Numbered from the stretch's first letter, positions 35,112 to 45,313 are shown. The stretch: DNA of 64,000 nt from Candidatus Saccharimonadales bacterium (GCA_038211855.1 JBBQVE010000007.1:53-64052); one strand, 5' to 3'. The notes: generated from the sequence alone by a model not told the origin. Made by a program: numbers and translations.

Positions 35112-36056
35112 CTAGCGCACCGACACAGTGGTTAGCCACTGTTCAGAGAATGCCGAATTATTCATCTGGGCGTCCTCATAGGCCTGTGCGAGCTTCGCAG
35201 TCAGATTGCTGCCTGTTTTTTTGTTTCCGATGGTTCGCCTATCAACAGATAAGATTGGCGTAATCCGGGCACTACTACCGCAGTAGAATAACTCATCGGC
35301 AATATAGAGCTCACTCCTATCAACCGCACGCTGCTTCATAGGAATATGCATGTCGCCAGCAAGTTTAATAAGGCTATCACGCGTTATCCCTTCAAGGATG
35401 TCTGCTGACTGGTAGGGTGTGATCAGTTCCCCGCTGCGTACCATGAACAGGTTCGCAACTGTGCCTTCTGTCACGTGGCCGGAGTCGTCGAGAGCTATCG
35501 CTTCGTCATAGCCGTTTAGAAGCGCCTCGTTCTTCATGAGCGTGGCATTGGCATAGCTGCCGTTGATTTTTGCACGTGACGGAATCGCATTATCGGGAGT
35601 CCGTTGCCAACTGGACACGCAGGCATGGACGCCAGTTGCTGGATAGAATGCCGCCATCGGATATATGTAAGCTGAAAAACTCGTCTTAAGTCCATTCGTT
35701 TTTGTGCCAGCAATTAGTTCGTCAATAAACAAAGTTGCCCTAATCAATACGTTCTCGCGAATCTTATTTGTAAGCAGCAGTTCTATCATAGTCGCTTGGA
35801 ATATTTCATAGCTCATTATCGAACGAAAGTCGGTAAAATTCATTATCTGAGCTGAATCACACAGCCGACGGTAATGATCTTGTAACCGAAAGATGTGGAG
35901 CTGCTTTCGAGCGGCGTCATAGCGAATATTAAAGACCGTGTACACCGCCAGCCCATACAAAACCGGTGAGCTGGCAATACTGAGATGTGCATCACGGAAA
36001 GGGACGAGGCCGTCGCGAAAGTACACCTGTGCCGACTTATAGTCAAAGATGTTCAT
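35112..36056 (-). CDS. Class IV aminotransferase (branched-chain / D-amino-acid aminotransferase)
   Basis: Fold-type IV length and motifs (EGTVANLFMV, GITRDS). Immediately downstream of ddl. Confidence 0.7.
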   Translation of the reverse strand: MNIFDYKSAQVYFRDGLVPFRDAHLSIASSPVLYGLAVYTVFNIRYDAARKQLHIFRLQDHYRRLCDSAQIMNFTDFRSIMSYEIFQATMIELLLTNKIRENVLIRATLFIDELIAGTKTNGLKTSFSAYIYPMAAFYPATGVHACVSSWQRTPDNAIPSRAKINGSYANATLMKNEALLNGYDEAIALDDSGHVTEGTVANLFMVRSGELITPYQSADILEGITRDSLIKLAGDMHIPMKQRAVDRSELYIADELFYCGSSARITPILSVDRRTIGNKKTGSNLTAKLAQAYEDAQMNNSAFSEQWLTTVSVR

Positions 36057-36057
36057 T

Positions 36058-37227
36058 TTAGAATTGCTTCAAAAAGTTTGTCTGGAAGGTCTTAGCAGTG
36101 CGTGCCTGGGCGGCAAATCGCTCTTCGGCAAAGCGGACTAGTTTGTTCACAAGTTCGACATTGGAGACACCGGCCGCACGCCAGTTATGGGCATACAAGC
36201 TGCCTGGCAACGGATTGACTTCGTTGAAGTACACGACGCCGGTTTTTTCATCAATTAGTAGATCAACTCGAGCAATGCCTTCACAGCCGATGGCACGATA
36301 GACGGCACAAGCTGTTTCTTCGGCCTTTTTGTAGAGATGTTTTGGCAGATCTGCCGGTACTTGGCTATAGCCTTGGGCGCCCTGCTTACCGCCGCCCATT
36401 TTCTTGCCGCCCTTCCCTTGACTCATGTATTTGGTATCAAAATCGAACACGCCGTCGTCTTTGGAAAGCGGACGTTCTACCATCGCCGGTATCAGCGTCT
36501 CATTACCCATGATTGGAACGGTTACTTCTATCAGGTTGTGGACACCTTCTTCGACCAGTACTTTGGTATCATAATGCGCCGCGATTTCGAGCGCATTATC
36601 AAGGTCTTTCGGTGAATCGACTTTAGTGATGCCAATGCTTGAACCGAGATGCGACGGCTTCACAAACAACGGATACTTCAAATTATTATTCACTGCCTTA
36701 GCGAATGCCTCCGAATGACGCTCCAGATCCGTCGTAGTAATAAATTCCATCTTTGGAGTAGGAATTTCTTGTGTCTGCGCAATCAACTTGGCAAGAATTT
36801 TGTCCATGGCGATCGCACTGGCTGCGACTCCACAACCGACGTAAGGCACATTTGCCATCTCGAGCAGTCCCATTAAATCACCATCTTCGCCGTGCGTGCC
36901 ATGAGTGGCCGGAAATACAACATCGATTTTTTTGTAGGCTTTGCGTCCGGCAAACTGACTCGATTTTACAAGCGTAAGACCATTATCGAATAACAGATGA
37001 ACTTTGGGAGCTTTGCGCAGAAAATCTTCTAATTCATCACCTTGGTAGAGCGATATGTCTTTCAAGCGTTGATCCCAGTACCAAGAGCCATCTTTGGCGA
37101 TGTACACCGCTTCTACCTGGTATTCACCCGACAGTTCAAGCGGCTTAATGATACTACTGATAGCGGTCACAATTGATACATCGTGCTCCGTGGAACGGCT
37201 CCCAAAAATAACGGCGATTGTCTTCAT
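36058..37227 (-). CDS. ddl: D-alanine--D-alanine ligase
   Basis: Start chosen at MKTIAVIFGSRSTEHDVS. ATP-grasp motifs, and FDFDTKY in the omega-loop region followed by a Gly/Lys-rich insertion. Confidence 0.9.
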   Translation of the reverse strand: MKTIAVIFGSRSTEHDVSIVTAISSIIKPLELSGEYQVEAVYIAKDGSWYWDQRLKDISLYQGDELEDFLRKAPKVHLLFDNGLTLVKSSQFAGRKAYKKIDVVFPATHGTHGEDGDLMGLLEMANVPYVGCGVAASAIAMDKILAKLIAQTQEIPTPKMEFITTTDLERHSEAFAKAVNNNLKYPLFVKPSHLGSSIGITKVDSPKDLDNALEIAAHYDTKVLVEEGVHNLIEVTVPIMGNETLIPAMVERPLSKDDGVFDFDTKYMSQGKGGKKMGGGKQGAQGYSQVPADLPKHLYKKAEETACAVYRAIGCEGIARVDLLIDEKTGVVYFNEVNPLPGSLYAHNWRAAGVSNVELVNKLVRFAEERFAAQARTAKTFQTNFLKQF

Positions 37228-37313
37228 ACTTGACAGTGTAGCACAAGCATAGTTACAATTACTAGTCACAATTATATATAATTAATTGTAATATAATGTG
37301 TAATGGAGAATTA

Positions 37314-37895
37314 ATGGCAGATTTTAAAAGTTATGTGACGGACTTCGAGTCATTACAGACAATTCCTCAGGCTGACCGCTGGCAACATTACATCGCTAGG
37401 GAACTTTTTATGCAGGTACCGATTACTGAAGATCAGCAGGTATACCGCGAGCCTTTGGTGTCCGCAGAAATACTTTCATCGAAGGGCGTCAGTGTCGAAC
37501 CGATCTGGCGAGACAGCCCTCTTGATGAAGAAGGCGAGGAATATTTACGTTATCTGGAAGACGAGGGGATAAACGACCTGCGCGACAATGTCAGTGACCC
37601 CAGTCAGATCGTACCGCCTCATTCGGCTGCGGCAGCCTGTGATGTTATTTTGCGAGATCATCAAGGAGGAAACGTGGATATGGGCGGCGGTTTTACGCTA
37701 GGCGACGACATCGTCTGGGCAGCATATCCTCACCTTACATCTATCCAAAAAGACAATCGCGCCCTTCTTAGAAACAGTATGCTGCAGGCTGGCTTTGCGC
37801 CTTTAGGAAGCGAATGGTGGCACTATAGGCTACGGCAATCAGGTATGGGCCGCATATTGGGGCCAAGCAAGCGCTCTATACGGACTCTACGATAG
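37314..37895 (+). CDS. M15-family D-Ala-D-Ala dipeptidase (VanX/DdpX-like)
   Basis: H-x6-D (PPHSAAAACD) and EWWH zinc/catalytic motifs. GGAG Shine-Dalgarno sequence 5 nt before the ATG at 37314. Confidence 0.7.
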   Translation: MADFKSYVTDFESLQTIPQADRWQHYIARELFMQVPITEDQQVYREPLVSAEILSSKGVSVEPIWRDSPLDEEGEEYLRYLEDEGINDLRDNVSDPSQIVPPHSAAAACDVILRDHQGGNVDMGGGFTLGDDIVWAAYPHLTSIQKDNRALLRNSMLQAGFAPLGSEWWHYRLRQSGMGRILGPSKRSIRTLR

Positions 37896-37904
37896 TCCCG
37901 CGCC

Positions 37905-39338
37905 CTAATTGTAATTGTCGGTCCAGTCGTTCTGTAGGAGGGCGAGGTCACCTGCTGCCAGAAAACTGTCGAGATTCGTATAAAATTTGAGTGGATCGGC
38001 TTCTTGGCGCACGTCACCGGTGTACATCGCTTCGCGCAAACCATCGATAATGTAGTTTGTGACGGAGTTTTTCATCAGCACCACCACTGTTGGACTCGCG
38101 GCAGCAATCAACGTGCCAAGTTCGCGGTGCACTCGAACTGTTTCAGGACCTTGGTCGACCAGACCCGGTGTGACATACCATTTACGCACAGCTGGTAGTT
38201 GTTTGAGGAGTGCTAAACCAGCGCGCAGGCCCTCAATGTTGCCATTATACGTGTCGTCGATAATCCAGGCGCCACTGGCAAGTTTCCGCGGCTGCATGCG
38301 ATGTTCGAAGGGCTTGGTTTTGGCAATGCCGGCCTTGATCTGATCAGGGGTGAGGCCAAGCGTTCGGGCAATTTCGGCGGCGGCGGCGATCGGGCCAAGG
38401 TTGTGCTCACCCAGCAGCCCAGTGCTCGCCGAAACTGAGGCATTTTTGCCAACTGCCAGCTTAAACACCGTCCCTTCAAGGCCGACTATGACATCAGAAA
38501 TCACCACTTCGCCACAGCCGGCGTCATTGTAGGCACGGTAGCCTGGCTTATAGAACGAGTGCAGTTTGGGCGATTCAATATTCACATAAACACTGCCAGG
38601 AACTTTACCACTGGCTGCGCTCATGATGTCTAAGGCGGCGGCATCATATGTTTCGTATTGATCGAGGTGTGCCGGCGCTAACCCCGTAATGACGGCAATG
38701 TCTGCGCCAGCCATTTCGCTAAAACGCATGACATCGCCCGGTTTTCCCTCACCAAATTCAATCACGATAACTTCTTCATCTCCCTTCAATCCACGCGCGA
38801 ATTTAGCGTGAGATGTTGCGACATTCATATTGGCTGGCGTAGCAGCCACCTTTTTGCCTTCCGAAAGGATAGTGAGAAGGAGTTCCTTCATGCTCGTTTT
38901 GCCATAGCTACCAGCAACAGCAATAATTGTTGCTTTGTGCTCGCCAAGAATCCCGCCAGCCTCGGCAAGCGCCTTTTTTTCTTTTGGTTTAGTAACAAAC
39001 TGCCGCGTCACAATCAGAACAAGCAAGACCGCTGCATAGCCGAAGATAGGTGCAGCAAAAATTAGGATGATGCCGAGGCCAATGAACCAAATACTGTGCA
39101 CAAAACAAGCCAAAATGCCTGCGAGCGTCACCACGAGTACTGTGACAAGTACGAATAGGCGGAACAATCGGCCGGCCTTCGTTGGTACTAAATCGCGGCG
39201 ATTCATAACAGATGAGAAATCTTTGGTGCGACGGAACCACTCGACGAAAGCTTTGGGCTGATATTCTACAGACTGCAACATATAAGCTAGCGCTCTGCTA
39301 TATGTAAACGGATTATAGCGACTCAAAAGGGCTCTCAT
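37905..39338 (-). CDS. murF: UDP-MurNAc-tripeptide--D-Ala-D-Ala ligase with an N-terminal membrane extension
   Basis: Start chosen at MRALLSRY (ATGA overlap with the upstream gene). Mur ligase P-loop AVAGSYGKTS. Two TM helices at the N-terminus. Confidence 0.85.
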   Translation of the reverse strand: MRALLSRYNPFTYSRALAYMLQSVEYQPKAFVEWFRRTKDFSSVMNRRDLVPTKAGRLFRLFVLVTVLVVTLAGILACFVHSIWFIGLGIILIFAAPIFGYAAVLLVLIVTRQFVTKPKEKKALAEAGGILGEHKATIIAVAGSYGKTSMKELLLTILSEGKKVAATPANMNVATSHAKFARGLKGDEEVIVIEFGEGKPGDVMRFSEMAGADIAVITGLAPAHLDQYETYDAAALDIMSAASGKVPGSVYVNIESPKLHSFYKPGYRAYNDAGCGEVVISDVIVGLEGTVFKLAVGKNASVSASTGLLGEHNLGPIAAAAEIARTLGLTPDQIKAGIAKTKPFEHRMQPRKLASGAWIIDDTYNGNIEGLRAGLALLKQLPAVRKWYVTPGLVDQGPETVRVHRELGTLIAAASPTVVVLMKNSVTNYIIDGLREAMYTGDVRQEADPLKFYTNLDSFLAAGDLALLQNDWTDNYN

Positions 39339-40090
39339 CAGGCGACAAAATCCTTCATGGCTTTGATGGTTTCGGCGAGCGCATCTATATGCACAAAGTG
39401 TCCAGCCAATGGAATGATGCGTAATGTCGCGTTGGGTAGCAGCGTTTCGAAGGCCTTCGCAATCCACAGCGGTGTGTCGGTATCTGCTTCGCCATACACC
39501 AGCAGAACAGGAATCTTTATGAGCGGTAGTTCGCCCCTGACGTCTTCGCGAACGACCTTCTTGAAGGTGTCAGCTAGATGTGGCATGGCCAGATAATCTG
39601 AACCAAGTTTTTTGTAGAGGGACTTCCGAATTGCCCGCTGATTGGCTTTTGGCAGTATCTTTACGAGCTGTTTGCCGATTTTTGCAGCAAGGGTGAGGAG
39701 GGTCGTTTTGAAGGTCTTTTTAGGTCGGATACCAGAGGCAGATAGCAGTATCAGCTTAATTGCAGTAACCTGCCCATTCTCGAGGGCTTTTATGGCTATT
39801 GCGCCGCCATTAGAATGCCCGACCAGTACATCAACTGATAGATTCAGCTTCGCAAGAAAGTGCTGTACAAAACTTCCATAGTCGGTCAACGACCAGGCCC
39901 CCTCAGGCACGTCAGTGCCCCCAAAGCCGGGCAAATCGAGGCGGAGACAAGTGTAATCTTGAGCAAAAGCAACCACTATACTATCAAAAGTTTTGGCTTC
40001 ATCGCCCCACCCATGCAAAAACAGCATAACCGGTCCGTTACCGGAGGTTTTGTACTGAGTAATCATGCCATCAATAACTGTTTGCATCAT
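39338..40090 (-). CDS. Alpha/beta hydrolase
   Basis: HGWG oxyanion region, nucleophile elbow GHSNGG, C-terminal His. Confidence 0.8.
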   Translation of the reverse strand: MMQTVIDGMITQYKTSGNGPVMLFLHGWGDEAKTFDSIVVAFAQDYTCLRLDLPGFGGTDVPEGAWSLTDYGSFVQHFLAKLNLSVDVLVGHSNGGAIAIKALENGQVTAIKLILLSASGIRPKKTFKTTLLTLAAKIGKQLVKILPKANQRAIRKSLYKKLGSDYLAMPHLADTFKKVVREDVRGELPLIKIPVLLVYGEADTDTPLWIAKAFETLLPNATLRIIPLAGHFVHIDALAETIKAMKDFVA

Positions 40091-40114
40091 ACACAGTATA
40101 GCGTAAGCATTGGC

Positions 40115-41611
40115 TTACTGTAGCAGTCCAGAACCTTCCAACGAACCACTGCTCAATGGACTTTCAACGCGCAACTGATCTTGCAGACCCTGCACCTGAC
40201 CAGTCAGACCACCCAATAAGTTGACAATATTCGTCGCGCCAGGCGGCTTTTCGACAGTAACCTTATCATCTGTTGGTGTAATGGTAAGCGTCGCACCGAC
40301 GTTAATCGACTGCCGTCCAGCTGCATTCGTACCAGTTCCAGAAAACGTCAGCGAAACTTTATTAGTAGCTCGATTGAGCGTCGCGCCAATCAGTAGATTT
40401 TGCGTACCGCTGGCATTCGTAGACATTGACGTGATTCGGAGCGGATAGTCATCGCCACCGGTATAGTTAAACATGAAGTCGACATAGCTTTTTGCATCTG
40501 TTGGGCTGGCATAGATGCGCACGTCGCGGATTGTATTTGTACTGAGGTCGATCCACACATCGGCTGTCGAATAGTCATAATTCTTAGCGTCAATGTTCTT
40601 AAGCAGCGAGTCAAAACCGGTCGCTTGTTCGAAAGATTTGCTGCTATTGGGCGCTACAAGCCAGGTGTTTAGCTTTGAGTTCTTCAAGGCATCTTTCATA
40701 GCAACCGCAAAGTCATGCAATTGTTGTTTTTGTATCTGCACACGGAGGTGCTGACTTTTGCGACCTTCGAAATCTTCCTTCGCTAGCTTATCTTTTATGA
40801 CAACAACCGCTTTTGACTTGTTGTCGCTGAAGAGCCGATCGTTTAAGACGACAGCGGCTTTTTTTACGATATCTTGGACATCCTTTTGGATTTGTGCTTG
40901 CGACTCGTTGGCTAAATCTGAAGCATTATTTCCGGTACTCTTCAGTAATTGGTCAATCAGTGTGTGATCGGCCACGAGCCATTTACCGTCGATTGAGTCG
41001 ATTACTGCTGCTTGCTGTCCGCTTAGGCCAAGGAGCGCCGCGATATTTTTGATGCCGCTTATATTGGCATAGACGTCAGACCCGTTGGTGCCGGCAGAAA
41101 ATACCCGCATTTCAAGATTGGCTCGTATACCCGATACGCCAGCAGTTAGCTTCAGGTCGGCCTTTTTGTCGTCCTTGGAGCCTGTCAGTGTGCCGTCGGC
41201 AGCAATCGGCGTCGTCATCTTGAAAGAACCATCTAGTTTGATACCATTTTTGCTTGAAGGCCCATTATTTATAATCGCTTGAAGACCTTGTCGTGTATTT
41301 GATAGGCTCGTCTTCCAAAGGTATTCCGGCGTCTGTGCGTAGAGTCCAAAGTAGGCATAAGAGCCGCCACCAATAAGGAGCACAAGTGCGGCAGCTACAG
41401 CTGGAAAAATCCAGCGATGCGGAGGAGTGTGTGATGTTTCTACGGCTATTTCAGTAGGCACTTCAGGTACATCAACTGACGGAAGAGGTTCCGGCACTGT
41501 CTCCACGACAAATGACTCCTCCGCTGCACCAGAGTTCACGGCAGTAGTCTTGACCGTCTTTTTCTTTTTTGATGTCGTCCGTTGCTTATTCTTAGAGGTA
41601 CTCGCAGCCAT
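40115..41611 (-). CDS. Hypothetical N-terminally anchored exported protein
   Basis: Lys-rich N-terminus and one TM helix (WIFPAVAAALVLLIGGGSYAYFGL). No family recognised. Confidence 0.6.
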   Translation of the reverse strand: MAASTSKNKQRTTSKKKKTVKTTAVNSGAAEESFVVETVPEPLPSVDVPEVPTEIAVETSHTPPHRWIFPAVAAALVLLIGGGSYAYFGLYAQTPEYLWKTSLSNTRQGLQAIINNGPSSKNGIKLDGSFKMTTPIAADGTLTGSKDDKKADLKLTAGVSGIRANLEMRVFSAGTNGSDVYANISGIKNIAALLGLSGQQAAVIDSIDGKWLVADHTLIDQLLKSTGNNASDLANESQAQIQKDVQDIVKKAAVVLNDRLFSDNKSKAVVVIKDKLAKEDFEGRKSQHLRVQIQKQQLHDFAVAMKDALKNSKLNTWLVAPNSSKSFEQATGFDSLLKNIDAKNYDYSTADVWIDLSTNTIRDVRIYASPTDAKSYVDFMFNYTGGDDYPLRITSMSTNASGTQNLLIGATLNRATNKVSLTFSGTGTNAAGRQSINVGATLTITPTDDKVTVEKPPGATNIVNLLGGLTGQVQGLQDQLRVESPLSSGSLEGSGLLQ

Positions 41612-41707
41612 TCAATGTCCTTCCTGTTGGACCATTACATCACCCCCTAGTCTAACACCTTGACTGCGACCTTCTAAACTTTATTTAACAGAGGTAAACT
41701 TAAGCAT

Positions 41708-42631
41708 TTACTGAGCGGCTTGGAGGCGCCCCTGCAACACATCGACCGATATGGTTTTTGATGGAAAGCTGACTGGCATAGTGACACCAAAATCATTATA
41801 GGATTCAGTTCGATCGTTGAAATTCACCGCTGCCAGCGTATTGCTCTTCATTGCAATAATGAACTGAGCATTCACACGAGCTTTATCGGAATAGCCTGAA
41901 GGGTCGAGTGGAGGGAAGCTACCAAAACCGGCTGCTGTAAAATATCTCTGAAGTGCAGAAACATACTTTTTGGTTTGTACTTTTACTGCATATATGACGT
42001 ATTTTTCGCCATTTATATTCTGATATGTCACGTGGTTAAAGTCTGTTTCATAGACTTGACCGGCTTTCATATCGGCAAGAATTGCTTGACGAGCGCTCGA
42101 AGTGAGATTGCCAAAAGGTGCGAGTGTGATGAGTGGTTGCGCATATGTCAGACGATGGGTGTTCAAAGCTTCTGCATCTTTAGCGTCCGGTTCCTTTGCC
42201 CATACATTTTTAATCGCATTAAAGTTATAGCTGCTGCCGTCAGATTTCTTCTCTGTCGAGAATATATTGTTATAACGAACGTACTGCGTGACCGGTGTTG
42301 TGATTGTTTCGGTCGTAACATTACTTTCCGTAGTAGCGTTCTTAAAACCAACGCTACTGACCTTGTCCTGAGCGGCTTGGGCGCCAAATACGAAGCGGGT
42401 CAGTTCCGTCGACTTGTTGCCTGTGCCACCGGTTTCGGTCGAGCGAACGACGCTCGGTGTTGATAAGTTATTGTTGATAGCCATCCAGAAACGACGTTCA
42501 GGCGTGAGATAGAGGCGAGTGTAGGCGATATACCCACTTATAACCAATAATAGTGCTGCAAGTGTGAGCGTACGGCGCAGGAGTTTTTTGTAATTGAGTT
42601 TTGGCAGACGTAGTTTAGGGGTATATTTCAT
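41708..42631 (-). CDS. Hypothetical N-terminally anchored exported protein
   Basis: TM helix LTLAALLLVISGYIAY. Extended -10 TGATACAAT lies 6 nt before the ATG. Confidence 0.6.
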   Translation of the reverse strand: MKYTPKLRLPKLNYKKLLRRTLTLAALLLVISGYIAYTRLYLTPERRFWMAINNNLSTPSVVRSTETGGTGNKSTELTRFVFGAQAAQDKVSSVGFKNATTESNVTTETITTPVTQYVRYNNIFSTEKKSDGSSYNFNAIKNVWAKEPDAKDAEALNTHRLTYAQPLITLAPFGNLTSSARQAILADMKAGQVYETDFNHVTYQNINGEKYVIYAVKVQTKKYVSALQRYFTAAGFGSFPPLDPSGYSDKARVNAQFIIAMKSNTLAAVNFNDRTESYNDFGVTMPVSFPSKTISVDVLQGRLQAAQ

Positions 42632-42718
42632 ACCGCTATTGTATCAGCTGTAGGGCGGCACGCATTTTTCTTTTTTACCACACTAGTCGAATCTGTTAAA
42701 ATCTATACTTGTGTTTAA

Positions 42719-42794
42719 GGGGATGTAGCTCAGCTGATAGAGCGCTTCCATGGCATGGAAGAGGTCCAGGGTTTGAGTCCCTGTATCTCCACCA
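42719..42794 (+). tRNA. tRNA-Ala (anticodon GGC), CCA encoded
   Basis: Acceptor GGGGATG/TATCTCC with the G3:U70 alanine identity pair. Anticodon stem CTTCC/GGAAG with loop ATGGCAT. Confidence 0.9.
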
Positions 42795-43055
42795 ATATCG
42801 AACATACGTTCCCGTGGACGGGGGTGACGGCCTACTGAGGGTTGAGGTTTGCATTGCACTTACTCGCTTCGATGGCTTGCCACCCCTGTGGTCGTGTATT
42901 GAGTCCCGGAAGGGTCGATGCCCTTGTTTGCTGACGAGGGACGGCGATAACGGGCGTCCTCGACGTCCGAGCGGGCGCAAGCTTGACAGACTCTGATACG
43001 TTGCCTGGTTAGACCGTGAGCTCAACTGACGGTCACCACAAAGGGGATGGTGCAC

Positions 43056-45293
43056 ATGTCGGGGTATGGGTTATGGCGCAGGCGCGTGCGGAGTCTGGTG
43101 ACAGTGGGGCTACTGGCTACCTCGTTACAGTTGGTCGCAGCAAAGCCTAGTCAAGCCGTTGACGGCACTATCTTGCGCACGATCACCGCTCAAAATTACT
43201 CCTGCGGGCTTGGCACGGGCCTTGCCTTTGATGGCACGGATTTACTGTTGTCGTGCTGGGGACAGAATCTAATCACTGCTATAAGTCCTGGGGATGGCAG
43301 CTTCCGCAGAAGCTACACAATCAGCGGCGTCAGCGACCTTGGGGCGCTTGCCTACGATGTAGGCCGAGCGAGTTTGTGGGCGTGCGACGCACGTAGTCAG
43401 ATTGTACTAATCGACCTTGCAACGCAGACAAGCTCGACACTTTTTTCTTCGGATGGATGTATCGACGGTCTCGCCTTCGATGGCACCGATGACACAATTT
43501 ACACGAGTGGCGACGCTGCGTCCACCTATCAGCACTACACCAGTGCAGGCCTGTTTCTGAGTAGTACGAGTATATCCGGCAAAATTGGTGCCTGCGGAAA
43601 TAGTGGTTTGGCGATCGGTGGACCATTCCTATTCCTTGCCAACGACGGTTGTTCGCAGATCTACCAGGCCCCCAAAGATGGCCTCACCGATCCAGTACTG
43701 TTCGGCTCATATGGAGCTCGGCTCGAAGATATGGAATGCGGCGATTTGACGTTCCAAGGGACGGGCAAAGCCGCGATTTGGTCGAAGGACGCGTACGACG
43801 GCGTCCTAAACGCATTTGAACTCAACCCAGGCGATTGTGGATTCGGTGGAAGGCCGCCGGCTGGCACAGCTCTAGCGGTTGCTGATCCAATCGTCAACAA
43901 CATGGATCCAACGTTACTCAACACTGCTGGTGGTGGTACTGAGCCATCGATCGCTATCAACCCGACGAGTCCGAACGAAGTTGTCATTTCGTCTGGAACT
44001 GCGGCGCAGGACCGATGGGGGGCTGGTGTACCAAACGCCCCACTGTTGATTTCTGAAGATGGGGGCAAAACGTGGGAGAAGAAGTTCGCTGTACCCGCCC
44101 CGCCTCAACGCTTTCTCGCCGGCTGCCCGTGTGACTCAACCATCGCCTTCTCACAGTCAGGCACTCTGTACCTCACGGTGCTGAGTGTTGCTGGTGACGG
44201 ATTGATAGGTAAGAAGGGCGGTCAAGACATCTATACCGCCAGCAACTCGGGTGACCCAGGCACCCCAGGAGACTGGGTATGGCGCAAGAAAAACCTAATT
44301 GCTCAAGCCACCAACACCACCAAGTACAAGTCGCAGGCAGATCAACCCTGGCTGGTGACGGGACCGAGCCCGACACAGCTCGGCATCGACAATGTTTACG
44401 TCGGCTACACCTTCACGAAGAATCCGCAAGTGCGCGTTGCCACATCTTTTCTCGACTCGTCGCCGCCTGACTTCACCAAGGATTCGTATGTAGGCGGCGC
44501 GAGTAACGCAGCAACAAACAATCCCGGCCTTCGCCTTACCGCCGATCCGAACAATGGATATCTCTACGCCGTTTGGGCGACGAGCCAGGCGGCGAGTTCC
44601 ACGGCAGACGTCCTGAATGTCACCCATCACCTCAACCGTTCGACAGATGGCGGACGAAGCTGGGCCTTGAATGGCGCCGCTGGAGGGATAAACGTTGCGA
44701 CAACGCCAAGCTATCAAGGAGCCGCTGCCGTGTTCGGTGGCGTCAATCAGCTGAGGGGGAGCGTACTCAGCGCCGCCGTCGACCCAGTCACATCAGAGGT
44801 TGTAGTGGCGTACGGAGCCGATGGCGTGTCGGGCGCCGGCAACCACATCATGACGCGACGCTTTAGCTTCAATGGTTCAGGCGATGTTACAGGCCAGCCC
44901 TCAAGTCTCGTTTCCGGGCCAACTGCCGCATCTGCACTACCTTCCATTGCTTTCCTCAAAGATGGTACAGCAGGTGTTCTCTACACAGTCGCCGACGACG
45001 TTGCCACTATAGACAACGCGGTAATCACGACATTCTCCGTACACCTTGGAATTGGTGCGCCGGGTGCCTCGTCTTTCACTGATGTCAAGGTCAGCAGTTT
45101 CCAGATCACGCATGGAACCGGAACTCGTGTCCTCGGCGATTATCAGCAGTTGCGAAGCATTGGTGATACCTTCTTTGGATCGTTTGCTGCGTCACGAGGC
45201 ACATTCTCCGCGTCAACTACTCTCGGTAACACCGTGGATCCTGCGTTCTTCCGATATCAGCCTTGCGCAGCTACTTCCTCATGCGCCGGATAA
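43056..45293 (+). CDS. Exported beta-propeller / BNR (Asp-box) sialidase-like protein
   Basis: Arg-rich signal (LWRRRVRSLVTVGLLATSLQLVAAKPSQA). GLAFDGTD repeats at the N-terminus. Asp-boxes SEDGGKTW and STDGGRSW. The ATG at 43047 is an alternative start. Confidence 0.7.
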   Translation: MSGYGLWRRRVRSLVTVGLLATSLQLVAAKPSQAVDGTILRTITAQNYSCGLGTGLAFDGTDLLLSCWGQNLITAISPGDGSFRRSYTISGVSDLGALAYDVGRASLWACDARSQIVLIDLATQTSSTLFSSDGCIDGLAFDGTDDTIYTSGDAASTYQHYTSAGLFLSSTSISGKIGACGNSGLAIGGPFLFLANDGCSQIYQAPKDGLTDPVLFGSYGARLEDMECGDLTFQGTGKAAIWSKDAYDGVLNAFELNPGDCGFGGRPPAGTALAVADPIVNNMDPTLLNTAGGGTEPSIAINPTSPNEVVISSGTAAQDRWGAGVPNAPLLISEDGGKTWEKKFAVPAPPQRFLAGCPCDSTIAFSQSGTLYLTVLSVAGDGLIGKKGGQDIYTASNSGDPGTPGDWVWRKKNLIAQATNTTKYKSQADQPWLVTGPSPTQLGIDNVYVGYTFTKNPQVRVATSFLDSSPPDFTKDSYVGGASNAATNNPGLRLTADPNNGYLYAVWATSQAASSTADVLNVTHHLNRSTDGGRSWALNGAAGGINVATTPSYQGAAAVFGGVNQLRGSVLSAAVDPVTSEVVVAYGADGVSGAGNHIMTRRFSFNGSGDVTGQPSSLVSGPTAASALPSIAFLKDGTAGVLYTVADDVATIDNAVITTFSVHLGIGAPGASSFTDVKVSSFQITHGTGTRVLGDYQQLRSIGDTFFGSFAASRGTFSASTTLGNTVDPAFFRYQPCAATSSCAG

Positions 45294-45313
45294 TCGATTG
45301 AACATCGCTGTCA

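Noticed and set aside
37228-37269. N-terminal extensions suggested by the ORF track for ddl (to 37269), murF (to 39467), lemA (to 52141) and the cupredoxin-like gene (to 17808)
   Set aside because: Internal starts give canonical N-termini (MKTIAVIFG for Ddl), Shine-Dalgarno sequences or ATGA coupling, and they remove long overlaps with neighbouring genes.
42795-43046. The GC-rich 250-bp segment after tRNA-Ala as a structured RNA gene (tmRNA, RNase P RNA, riboswitch)
   Set aside because: It has none of the signatures I can recall: no tRNA-like tmRNA ends or tag ORF, no RNase P GAGGAAAGUCC-type box, and no B12 box. Only local hairpins are present. It is more simply the leading edge of the inserted island. 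A covariance-model scan would settle this.
42696-43055. ORFs of 119 aa (minus strand) and 95 aa (plus strand) spanning tRNA-Ala and the GC-rich leader
   Set aside because: They run straight through a well-folded tRNA gene. High GC inflates random ORF length, and they contain no recognisable motifs.
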